Assembly (NCBI GenBank): GCA_037146775.1
Contig: JBAWWL010000009.1
Span: 68,575 to 132,574, forward strand
Length of the DNA stretch: 64,000 nucleotides
Direction of reading: 5' to 3'
Source: Candidatus Omnitrophota bacterium
Lineage (GTDB): Bacteria; Omnitrophota; Gorgyraeia; Duberdicusellales; 4484-171
The notes beneath the pieces were generated by a model. That model ran no database searches, had not been told where the DNA came from, and saw only the letters and a program-made list of their open reading frames with translations. Shown piece after piece: positions 19,524-28,900 of this stretch (positions are counted from its first letter, which is position 1; every line of letters begins with the position of its first letter). The position numbers were made by a program, and so were the translations under genes.

Positions 19524-20519
19524 CTATTTTCTTCTATTGGCTAAACGGACTATTTTTTCTATAGCCTTTTCGTAGGTATAACCTTTATGATAAGCCTGTT
19601 TCATGAACCCGCTATCCCTGTTGATGTCGGGATTGGGATTTATATCCAGTACATACAGCGCGCCCTGGCGTTCGCGCACATCTACCCTGAAATAACTCCG
19701 GCAACGCAAAGCAGCCGCTCCTCTTTGAGCTATCGCTATTATATTTTTTGTTACCTGGTTCTCTACCTCTACCACAGAAGGCGTTAACAGCTTGAATTCA
19801 TCGCAGTCAACCTCCCATTTAGAATCGTACGTTAAATAGGGCGGAAAATTTTGATATTGCGAATAGTCCATTACCGATACCCCCAACGGCCAGCAAAAGA
19901 GCCCGCCCAAAAAGGCAACGCTATATTCTTTGCCTCCTATAAATTCTTCCACCACCAGCCCTTGAGGGAACTCTTTTATCTTTTTCTCTACAACCCGACA
20001 AAGTTCTTCCTTGGTATACACCAAAGAATCTTTGTCGATACCCAGGCTCGCGTCTTCGTGGCAAGGCTTTACAAAAAAAGGTGCGCGCATATCCATGGCG
20101 TTCAGATCTTGCGGATTTTTTACAAAAAGCCCTCGAGGAACAGGTATGTTTTTCTTTTTTAAAATTTCCTTCGCTTTCCATTTACTAAGGCACAGGCTCA
20201 AGGTAAACGAAGAATTACCGGTAAAAGGGACTTTAATCTTTTCCAACAACCTGACAAATGCAGCTTCCTTCTCGGAATCGTCGCTAAAACCTTCAAAAAG
20301 ATTAAAAACACAATAAGGATTTATTGCTAAGATTTTCGCCGCGATATCTTCCTTTTCGGTAAAATCTTTTTTCTCTAAATAGAGCGTTTCGGTAGGCATG
20401 CCTTTCTTAAAAAAAACTTCCTCAACAGATGCTTTACAGCGTAAAATATCGCACACATCTTTTCTGGGTACTTCTTCCTTGTCTACCGCGATAAGTATTT
20501 TTTTATCTTTTCTCTTCAT
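19524..20519 (-). CDS. ATP-grasp ligase, D-Ala-D-Ala-ligase-like (non-canonical)
   Basis: VFNLFEG, PFTGN, FVKPCHEDASLGI, VEEFIGGKE, FRVDVR, LDINPNPDI. Confidence 0.88.
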   Translation of the reverse strand: MKRKDKKILIAVDKEEVPRKDVCDILRCKASVEEVFFKKGMPTETLYLEKKDFTEKEDIAAKILAINPYCVFNLFEGFSDDSEKEAAFVRLLEKIKVPFTGNSSFTLSLCLSKWKAKEILKKKNIPVPRGLFVKNPQDLNAMDMRAPFFVKPCHEDASLGIDKDSLVYTKEELCRVVEKKIKEFPQGLVVEEFIGGKEYSVAFLGGLFCWPLGVSVMDYSQYQNFPPYLTYDSKWEVDCDEFKLLTPSVVEVENQVTKNIIAIAQRGAAALRCRSYFRVDVRERQGALYVLDINPNPDINRDSGFMKQAYHKGYTYEKAIEKIVRLANRRK

Positions 20520-20525
20520 GGTTCA

Positions 20526-21821
20526 TCAAAGCTTAAGAATAACCCATGGCGCTACATGCACAGCAAAGATCCTACCCTTCAAAATAATTCTACTAAAAAT
20601 ATACTGGGGTTGCTTGAGTTCGGAAAGAGGAAACCTTATCACCAGCGTATGCCCACTGGCGCTTAACCGCGCCCCCTTTACATCGATACGCTTTCTCTTA
20701 TCATAGACAAACATAACGCTTCCCTTGGCTTTGAAAAAAATTTTCGGCATTGACGCAAAGTCTTTATCGTAACGATAGCCCATCAGATATATATCCGCCT
20801 TGATCTCCTGGGCCACTTCTTTATTCAACTCAATATTGATATACAAAAACTCGTCATCCTTATTATAATTAATTTCTGACACCAGCCGAGAATCAATTTT
20901 CAGAGAGCGCTTATACGATCCCTTCTGCAAATCGACGAAAGGGTAAAAACAGAGCAATTCGTTGCTTCTTACGAAACTTAAGAAATATGTCTGAGCAAAG
21001 CTCATCTGACTTTTATACAAGCTAATTGCCCGGCGTTTTTTTTCTACTTCTCCAGGCTTTAAAGGGACCTCTTCCCAGGCAATATCGCCTGTCATTAAAT
21101 CCACAGGCGGCTCTAAACCAGTTTGCGGCATGTATTTTCGAGGGTTCGGCCAACCCACTCTGTGGACAAGATAGGGATATACCGCAGGCTTGGGAATGGT
21201 TTTTTCTAAATCCCAGAGCGCAACACGCAGGTATACATAAAAACTGCGGTGGTCCGGATTCGTATCCTGGGGAGAAGATACAAATATTTTGGTCGGTTTA
21301 AAATCGGCTAAGACACTTTTGAGATCTTTCAAAATGCTCTCGCCCGTATACGGCGCACCGGGAGACAGTGCATCCTTGTAGGGCACACGGCTTATGCGCG
21401 TCAGCAAGCTGTTTAACGGATATTTAGGGTTCCAAAAACCCGTTAATATGGTTTCGGTAAACCTATCAGGATAACCCAAGTATGCAAGATCCGTCGGCGC
21501 TAAGCCGAAAAAAGCCATGGCATTCTTTGCTTCGCTGGCGCGGGTTTTACCTATCTCAATAAAACCGGCCTTAGAAAAAACCGGTATTTTTTTATAAAAC
21601 AAATAACTAAATTCGTTATAATCGCCATTGGTAAGATACGCGACTTTCAGCTTCGCTCCACAAGCGCGCGCATGCTGGATGATACCGGCGGCGGCAATGG
21701 CTTCGTCGTCAGGATGAGGCGCCAAAATCAAAACTCTGTCTTCGGGAGAAAATTCGAGGCGGGCAAAACAATTAGCAGCTACGCCAAAAAAAATAGCACA
21801 CGCAAATAAAATTCTCATCAT
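20526..21821 (-). CDS. Exported PIG-L/LmbE-family N-deacetylase with C-terminal extension
   Basis: LAPHPDDE, LTNGD, LGYPD, DTNPDH, YKSQ; signal peptide from ATG 21821 (alternative starts 21848/21896). Confidence 0.87.
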   Translation of the reverse strand: MMRILFACAIFFGVAANCFARLEFSPEDRVLILAPHPDDEAIAAAGIIQHARACGAKLKVAYLTNGDYNEFSYLFYKKIPVFSKAGFIEIGKTRASEAKNAMAFFGLAPTDLAYLGYPDRFTETILTGFWNPKYPLNSLLTRISRVPYKDALSPGAPYTGESILKDLKSVLADFKPTKIFVSSPQDTNPDHRSFYVYLRVALWDLEKTIPKPAVYPYLVHRVGWPNPRKYMPQTGLEPPVDLMTGDIAWEEVPLKPGEVEKKRRAISLYKSQMSFAQTYFLSFVRSNELLCFYPFVDLQKGSYKRSLKIDSRLVSEINYNKDDEFLYINIELNKEVAQEIKADIYLMGYRYDKDFASMPKIFFKAKGSVMFVYDKRKRIDVKGARLSASGHTLVIRFPLSELKQPQYIFSRIILKGRIFAVHVAPWVILKL

Positions 21822-22059
21822 CGTTTTTGCAACTGTCATGATTTTCATTATATACCAATGAGAGCAAGTAGCAAAGCGTAAAAAAACAAAAAACATCGTT
21901 TTTTATTCGACGCCGAGAAAAGAGGTGCCCGTATCTGGAGAACAATTTTGTTGTCGGTATCCCGCCCACAAACCAAGACAACAGTGATTTCACGCAAAAA
22001 TACGCAACACACACACCAAACTCAACACTATATTGTTGTATCGAAGAAATAAAAGAAAG

Positions 22060-23079
22060 TTATCGAAGGACAAACCCGTAGCGCCGGAAAGCTTCCTGCA
22101 AAATAACTCGTATCAAAGAAGAATAGCTTCTCCCCTGCAATTTGCACATAATAGGCAGATCACTATACAAAGGCGAAAGGCCGGGCAAAGGATTAATATC
22201 AATGATGTGCGCAACGCCTTTACTGTTAAGCCGGAAATCAATACGTGCTATATCCCGCAGTTCTAAAACCGTAAAAGCGCGCATTGCAGTTTCGGCGACG
22301 GCACGCTTAAGGCCGGAGACGATAGAACTTTGCGGCTCATAAATAATTCTGGTTTTCCATTCCCTTTTATTTTCCTGCGAATAAAGAAAACATTTTGTCT
22401 CCTGCCGCGGCATAATACGCATCATTCCCAAAAGCCGCGGTTTACGATTGCCGCAGACCGCGACCGTGATCTCCGAGCCCTCCAAGAATTCCTCCACCAA
22501 TACCGGCTGTTTATACGCAGAAAAAATATGCTGTGCCTGTTTTCTGAATGCTTCAAACGAAGAAACAACAGAATGCAAAAAAATACCCTTAGAAGAGCCC
22601 TCCCAGCGCGGTTTCACGATATATAATTTTTTCTTGGCAAATAAAGATTTGAGGGAAACTGCCGCAGCAATGTTATTAATCGTATAAGCTAAGGGGACAG
22701 CTACGCCGGCGGCTTTCAGTATAAAACTGGTCAGATACTTGTCGAGGGCAACACCTAAAGAAATGGGGTCTGATCCTGAATAAGGTATACCAAGGCTCTC
22801 GAGAATTGAAGGTACTTGCGATTCTCTTGAACGTCCCGTGCCGATACCCTCGGCGATATTAAGGACAAAATCGGGGCGGACTTTAAGCAGGTGCTGACTA
22901 AGATTGTGGCCCTGTTCAATAAGAAGAGGGCTGAACCCCAACTTCTTTATTTCGCCAGCCAAGGCTTCAATGGTTTCGAACTCGTCGTATTCTTCGCAAC
23001 TGTCGTCCGCGGCACCTTTCTTCTTTAAGTTAAAAACAATACCTATGGTGCGCGGAAACAAATATTTTGCTGCCTGCAA
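22060..23079 (-). CDS. ATP-grasp ligase, D-Ala-D-Ala-ligase-like (non-canonical)
   Basis: VLNIAEGIG..RSRESQVP, PYSGSDP, VKPRWEGSSKGI, ARIDFR, IDINPLPGL; TTG start. Confidence 0.9.
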   Translation of the reverse strand: MQAAKYLFPRTIGIVFNLKKKGAADDSCEEYDEFETIEALAGEIKKLGFSPLLIEQGHNLSQHLLKVRPDFVLNIAEGIGTGRSRESQVPSILESLGIPYSGSDPISLGVALDKYLTSFILKAAGVAVPLAYTINNIAAAVSLKSLFAKKKLYIVKPRWEGSSKGIFLHSVVSSFEAFRKQAQHIFSAYKQPVLVEEFLEGSEITVAVCGNRKPRLLGMMRIMPRQETKCFLYSQENKREWKTRIIYEPQSSIVSGLKRAVAETAMRAFTVLELRDIARIDFRLNSKGVAHIIDINPLPGLSPLYSDLPIMCKLQGRSYSSLIRVILQEAFRRYGFVLR

Positions 23080-23088
23080 AGTTTATCC

Positions 23089-24243
23089 TTACTCTTTTGG
23101 GTTATAATAAAAGAATGACTCGTTTTTATAATTTCTTAATGTCAATCCTTCCGCAGATACAGAGAGAACATAATTAGGATCAATGGGAATTTTACCCTTA
23201 CCATCAATGCCATCCACGACAAACCTAGGAATACACATGCCGCCGGTATGCCCGCGCATGCGTTCCATAAGATCCATCCCCTTCCATATCGAAGTACGGA
23301 AATGATGCGCGCCCACCACCGGGTCACATTGGTACAGATAATATGGCCTTACCTGTATGTGCTGCAAACCATGACATAATTCTTGCATAACATTAGCCTC
23401 GTCATTAATCCCTTTTAAAAGCACCGACTGATTACTTATCGGAATACCACAGCGCTGCAATTTACGGCAAGCGGCCGTGGACTGGGCGGTTATTTCCCGA
23501 GGATGATTAAACTGGGTATTGACCCAAAGATGTTCGTATTTTCCCAGCACCTTACACAAGTTATCGTCTATGCGTTGAGGCATAACCACAGGAGCTCTGG
23601 TGCCAATACGAACCGCCTGAATGGTTTCTATCTGCGCAATAGATGAAAGAATGTAGTCAATTTTTTCCGTCGGAAGTGTAAGCGGATCCCCACCGGAGAC
23701 GATCACCTCGCGAATCTGTTTATTTTCGCGCACATATGTCAAAGCCAAATCAATATCTTTAAGGGTTGGTTCGGGGATACGGCTGCGCCACAAGCGCTTT
23801 CTCGTACAGTGGCGGCAATACATGAAACAACGCCCTGTAACCAGCAACAAAGCCCTATCGGGGTAACGATGCACCAGGCAAGGCGCAGGAGACGTCTTTT
23901 CTTCTCCTAACGGATCGATCTTTTCATGAATTTCGCCGCGGATTTCTTCTACAGACGGGATACACTGCTGGCGTATAGGGTCATGCGAATCGGTAAGGTC
24001 TTTTGCTAAAGAAAGATAATAAAGCGGAATGCGCATATGGAACGTACGCATTACCTGTTTGAGGAACGGCTTTTCTTCTTCGTTAATAAAAATGAATTTA
24101 GAAAGGTCGTCTATATTCTTGAGGGAATTTCTGTAGGCGGTAAGCCAATTCTCCTCGGCTGCAAGCGCATTACATCCTCCGGGCTCCTCCTTGTTCTGAG
24201 AATCCTCTTCCAAAGAATGCATAAATCTCTTTTGGTCAGCCAT
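23089..24243 (-). CDS. KamA-family radical SAM/PLP aminomutase (lysine 2,3-aminomutase-like)
   Basis: HRYPDR, CFMYCRHCTR (CxxxCxxC), SGGDPL, NQSVLLKGIND, YLYQCD, FVVDGIDGKGKIP; start 24243 after AGGAGGGG. Confidence 0.92.
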   Translation of the reverse strand: MADQKRFMHSLEEDSQNKEEPGGCNALAAEENWLTAYRNSLKNIDDLSKFIFINEEEKPFLKQVMRTFHMRIPLYYLSLAKDLTDSHDPIRQQCIPSVEEIRGEIHEKIDPLGEEKTSPAPCLVHRYPDRALLLVTGRCFMYCRHCTRKRLWRSRIPEPTLKDIDLALTYVRENKQIREVIVSGGDPLTLPTEKIDYILSSIAQIETIQAVRIGTRAPVVMPQRIDDNLCKVLGKYEHLWVNTQFNHPREITAQSTAACRKLQRCGIPISNQSVLLKGINDEANVMQELCHGLQHIQVRPYYLYQCDPVVGAHHFRTSIWKGMDLMERMRGHTGGMCIPRFVVDGIDGKGKIPIDPNYVLSVSAEGLTLRNYKNESFFYYNPKE

Positions 24244-24258
24244 TCGTTTACCCCTCCT

Positions 24259-24301
24259 AAAAAAAATCCCCCTCATTATCTCGTGGTGAGAGGGATTTTT
24301 T
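24259..24301. terminator. Terminator-like hairpin just upstream of the kamA RBS
   Basis: AAAATCCCCCTCA...TGAGAGGGATTTT with A/U tracts on both sides. Confidence 0.65.
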
Positions 24302-24322
24302 CATTCTATACTACCAGCGGCT

Positions 24323-24856
24323 TCACTTACTTTTAGCCGGAGCTTCAATGGCAGAAGGAACTACGCCTTCCGTCACGCTAGGCATTGTCGATTCCTCTTC
24401 GAAAATATAATTATAGCTTTTTGCTTTTAAGCCTGTTTCCGTCTTATCGGTGATCACCTCAACGTTATCGCCGACCTCAAGATACGAATCCTCTAAAAAT
24501 TCTTTCGTAGTAATCACTTTGGTATTATCAATCGTAATATAGCTGCCATCTTCGGCAATCTCCTTAACAATACCCTTGATGACTTCTTCTTTGACCGGCT
24601 GAACCGTTGCCTGCGATACCTCGGCTTTTCCGGGCTGCTGTAACGGTGCCTCAACCGGCGGCGTGGCTGTAGATGTTGGTTGTTGTCCAGCTTGCACGGG
24701 CTGTTCTTTTGACGGTGCAGCTTGAACTGGTTGCTGGGAAACATCTTTTGTAACTGCAGTAGCCGCCTTCTCTACTGTGGCGTTTTGAGCAAACCCCGCC
24801 ACGCACAAAACACATACAAGAACAGAAAACATAAACAAAAATCTTCCTGCAATCAT
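24323..24856 (-). CDS. Exported protein with Pro/Gln-rich linker and small OB-like (DUF5666-type) domain
   Basis: Signal peptide from ATG 24856 (AGGAGGAGG RBS); IKGIVKEI...ITIDNTKV...LEVGDNVEV. Confidence 0.7.
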   Translation of the reverse strand: MIAGRFLFMFSVLVCVLCVAGFAQNATVEKAATAVTKDVSQQPVQAAPSKEQPVQAGQQPTSTATPPVEAPLQQPGKAEVSQATVQPVKEEVIKGIVKEIAEDGSYITIDNTKVITTKEFLEDSYLEVGDNVEVITDKTETGLKAKSYNYIFEEESTMPSVTEGVVPSAIEAPAKSK

Positions 24857-24869
24857 TTTTTCCTCCTCC

Positions 24870-25076
24870 TTAGAATTCTTCTCCGCCCTCATCTGCATCC
24901 AAATCATCTTCCTGCTGCACAGACTCGACGACTTCTACCTGTGGCGGTTCAAGCCGAACAATCTTCACCTCTGCATCACAGCTTAAACAAAAAATAGTAT
25001 CACCTGCTTCCAGATATTCTTCCAACTCAATCTCTTCCGCACACTCCGGACATTTCACTATCTTTGTTTTTGCCAT
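24870..25076 (-). CDS. LysW/AmCP-like zinc-ribbon acidic carrier protein
   Basis: CPEC-x17-CLSC-DAEVKIVRLEP aligns by eye to LysW (CPECGAEL...GELVVCEDCGAELEVVGLDP); acidic tail EDDLDADEGGEEF lacks the EDWGE terminus. Confidence 0.72.
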   Translation of the reverse strand: MAKTKIVKCPECAEEIELEEYLEAGDTIFCLSCDAEVKIVRLEPPQVEVVESVQQEDDLDADEGGEEF

Positions 25077-25113
25077 CTTAAAACCTCTTGCGACTTTTTA
25101 CGTACTATACCTA

Positions 25114-25299
25114 CTAAATAGCCCCTTCCTTCTTTAACTCTTTTTCTGCCTCAAACCAGTTATCCGCGCCATTGCCGGTGGGCCTGCCTTTATGTATCCA
25201 AATATAATAAGCCCGTTCATTAATTTTTTGTAAAACATGTGCCGGATACTTTGCCTGAGGATTTTTTTCCTGCGGTTTTGTGATCTTTTTTAGCGCCAT
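25114..25299 (-). CDS. DUF2934 domain protein
   Basis: INERAYYIW...GRPTG...NWFEAEKEL; AGGAG RBS before ATG 25299. Confidence 0.85.
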   Translation of the reverse strand: MALKKITKPQEKNPQAKYPAHVLQKINERAYYIWIHKGRPTGNGADNWFEAEKELKKEGAI

Positions 25300-25346
25300 A
25301 GCTACTCCTTTTTTAAAATATTGTTTCAGAGAATACACTCAATTAA

Positions 25347-25374
25347 AATATACTCAAAAAAATCTCTTTGTCAA
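25347..25374 (-). promoter_or_regulatory. Putative sigma70 promoter for DUF2934 / LysW-like / exported protein genes
   Basis: TTGACA-16 nt-TATATT on the minus strand. Confidence 0.5.
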
Positions 25375-25428
25375 TACTTTTCAGATTATAAACAAACATT
25401 TTTGGGTGTTTAAACAGGCGGAAGGATA

Positions 25429-25719
25429 CTACGTGCTCTCTTCAATGTTCCAGGCAAAAGCCTTTACACCTTCTTTACCTAAAATAGCGCGCAACTCGCG
25501 TACGCACGATAATAGACGAATAGACGCATCGGGCGCACAGGCAACATAAAGAATATTATTCCGGCCTGGCCAAATATCTGTTCCTAAATGAATCCCCGAA
25601 GTTTCGCCGCTGCCAAATGCTCCCATAATTTTAGTATAATTCTTTAAGCTGCATTTTACCATAAGTTCCATAACCTCATTCTCTATCGCTTCATTATAAC
25701 TGATCATTACCATTTTCAT
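25429..25719 (-). CDS. PII-like transporter-associated protein (PG0541-like)
   Basis: YTKI..AFGSG..SG.HLGTDIWPGRN; last gene of the RND operon. Confidence 0.75.
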   Translation of the reverse strand: MKMVMISYNEAIENEVMELMVKCSLKNYTKIMGAFGSGETSGIHLGTDIWPGRNNILYVACAPDASIRLLSCVRELRAILGKEGVKAFAWNIEEST

Positions 25720-25737
25720 ATTAACCTCACTCCGTTT

Positions 25738-25912
25738 GGCAGAAATCAGACGTCAGAGGTCAGAGATCAGAGATCAGAAAAAAAAGAAATAAGAATATTC
25801 TGCCTTCTGGCTTCTGGCTTCTGTCATCTGACCTCTATTTTTTGTCCTCTGCCTTCTGATCTCTGTCATCTGTCCTCTGTTCTCTGACCTCTGTCCTCTG
25901 TCTTCTGTTCTG
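25738..25912. repeat. Inverted TCAGA/TCTG heptamer array overlapping the RND C-terminus
   Basis: ggcagaaatcagacgtcagaggtcagagatcagag...ttctggcttctgtcatctgacctct...; encodes RRQRTEVREQRTDDRDQKAEDKK. Confidence 0.85.
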
Positions 25913-28900
25913 ATGAAACACCGCATACACCGTAGGAACAAATATCATAGTAATTAAGGTGGACACCGATAATCCGCCAACCATGGTAACACCTATAGGC
26001 TGCCACGTCTCTGAACCCTCACCGTTAGAAAGAGCCAAAGGCAGTAACCCCGCCAAGGTGGTAATGGTGGTCATCAAAACTGGCCGCAACCTATCCTTGC
26101 CACCAAGAGTAACTGCTTCATGCATCGACAAACCTCTGGCACGTAATATTTGGATATAGCTCACCAGAACAATAGCATTATTAACTACAATACCCATTAG
26201 CATAACCACACCTAAATAGCTGATTACATTTAAGGTTACGGGTTCAGGAAAAATGAATTTGAGAAAAGGCAATTGCGTAGCCAAGAAGCCTAAAATTACT
26301 CCCGTAAAAGTAAAAGGAATCGAAAACATGATAATGAAAGGATCAAGCAAAGATTCAAACTGCGCCGCCATCACCATATATACCAAACAGGTACCCAGAA
26401 TTAAAAGCAAGAAAAGGTCCCTGAATGCTTTTCTCTGTTCATCGGCCTCACCCCCAAAATTCACCATAATGTCAGCGGGTAAAGTTATTTTTGAAAATTC
26501 TTTTTTAAGGTCATCGACAATTTCTCCGGAAGAACGTTTATAGGTGTTGCATTCCACCCGTACTATCCTTTCACGATTCTGGCGTTCAATCTCTATGGGC
26601 CCGAGGCTTTCATATATTTTTGCAATATTCGATAGTTGAACCGGCCTTCTTAGACTGCCCCCCTTTAAAGTAATGACATCCTGTAACGGAGTAAATGTTT
26701 TTATGTCTTCCGGTAAAGGCGAAATAATCGGTAAATTCCCGATATCTTCCAGCTTCGAACGAGACGGTTCATCAAGCCGGACATAAATATCGTAGGTTTC
26801 CCCCTTCTCTCTATATTTGGTAGCGGAAGAGCCCTCGATAAATGTTTTTAGGTTACTCGCAATAGTGTACATATCCAGGCTTAGCATGGCTGCTTTTTCT
26901 CGATCAACTTCTATCTTAATTTCCGGCCGGTTTTCATCACGAGAAATAGCCGCATCGACGGTCCCGGGTATTTTTTCCATAATTGCTTTTATTTTTTGTG
27001 CTATCAAATCCGTATCCGCAAAAGAATGCCCAATTATTTCAACCTGTATGGCTTTACCGCTGGTTCCAGTAATTAACCTGCCTATAGGATTGCCGGTAGA
27101 AATGTCTGCCTTGATAACACCGGGAATGTTTCTTATTTTGTTACGTACTGCCTGGCCTACTTCTTTTACGGATCGCTTCCTTTTCTCTTTAGGTACAAGC
27201 TTTGCCCCCGAAGTGACAACATGTGTTCCTGAAGCGTTACCCATGCTTCTTCCTATGCCACTTACTTGTCCGCTTCTTACATAATAAAACCTTGCTTCAG
27301 ACACATCAGCTTTTAAAATTTCCTCTATCCGCTTCGCAACCTTGTCTGTTTCTTCCAACCGCGTTCCCACGGGAAGACTAACCGTAATGCGCAAATCTCC
27401 GGAATCTTCTTCCGGAATAAATTCACTGCCGACGAAACGGGCTAAAAATAAACTCGCGATAAAAGCGGCGAGAAAGCCAAGAAGCACTATTTTTTTATGC
27501 CGTAATGCCCAACCAAGAACGCGCGCATAATAATCTTCCCACGACTGAAACATTTTTTCCGAAATCTCATAAATCTTCTCTTTCCACACCCTCAATCTCT
27601 GCCACCTGCCCCCTGCCTTCTGTCCTCTGACCTCTGTCCTCTGATCCCTCCCCATCCACTTCGAACAAAGCATGGGGCTAAAAGTGGCGGCGGTAAAAAG
27701 AGAAGCGAGCAATGTTACGGTTACAATAATTGCCAGCTCCCCAAACATGATACCTACTACTCCGGGAATAAACAGCATCGGTAAAAATACAACGACGGTA
27801 GTAAATGTTGAAGCAGATATGGATAAAAACATCTCGGAAGTTCCAAAGATTGCCGCCTCGGTGGGCCGGTTACCTCTTTGTAAGCGCCGATAAACATTAT
27901 CCACCACTACAATCGCATTATCTACCACCATACCGGTAGCAATAGCGATAGAAGAAAGACTAATAGTATTTATAGTTTTACCGCTTAAAAAAAGATAAAT
28001 AAAGCTGATAAGTAACGAAAAAGGAATGGTCAAGACGATGATCATACTGGGAGCGAATTGGCGCAAGAAAAACCAAACTACAACGATTACCAAAACTATC
28101 GCTATCCAAAGAGAAGATTTTAAAGATTCTAGTGAATTTATAATATCCTGGGAGGTATCAAAAATAATATTCATTTTAACATCAGCAGGAAGGTTCGTTT
28201 CTAACTCTTTCAGTCTTTTCTTAACGCGATTAGCTACCTCTACGGCGTTGGTTCCGCTTTGTTTTTGCACCATCATAATTATTCCGCGCTCTTGTTTAAT
28301 ACGCACCAGGCTGGTTACTTCTTTAAAACTGTCTTCCACTCTCGCTATATCTTTCAGATAAATAGGTTTGCCATTACGCTTACCTAAAATAACTAAGTTT
28401 ATTTCTTCGGGAGTGGCAAACTCTCCGGGTAATCTTATCAAATAATCGGTAAGGCCGGTTTTAAGGCTGCCTACGGGTTGGGTAATATTTTCTCTTTTTA
28501 AAGCTTCCTGGATGTCCAAGATAGAAAACGCATAACCCTCCAGGCGCTGACGATCTACCCAAATATTGATTTGCCGCTCCAACCCCCCGCCCTGTAACTG
28601 CACGGTACCTACCCCGGGAAGTTGGCGGAGAGCATCACCGATGTTTTTATCCATAAGATCATACAGATCGGGATAGGTTTGTTTTGCGGTCACGCCTATG
28701 GCTAAAATTGGAATATCTGCGGTATTAAATTTATGAATAAAAGGATTGTCCATTTCATCAGGAATATCGGGCAAATTCCTTTTGGCAAGTTCAATGCGGT
28801 CGCGGATATCATTAGAGGCTTCATCTAAATTAGTTCCCCAGATAAATTTAAGGGTGACGATCGAGAAACCTTCCGAAGAACGGGAAGTAATTTTTTCTAA

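Noticed and set aside
23089-24243. EpmB (EF-P beta-lysylation) or glutamate 2,3-aminomutase assignment
   Set aside because: No efp/epmA nearby; the two substrate-site aspartates typical of lysine-specific enzymes are retained.
24870-25076. Canonical lysW of lysine/arginine biosynthesis
   Set aside because: No EDWGE terminus and no lysX/Z/Y/J/K neighbours, so no gene symbol was assigned.
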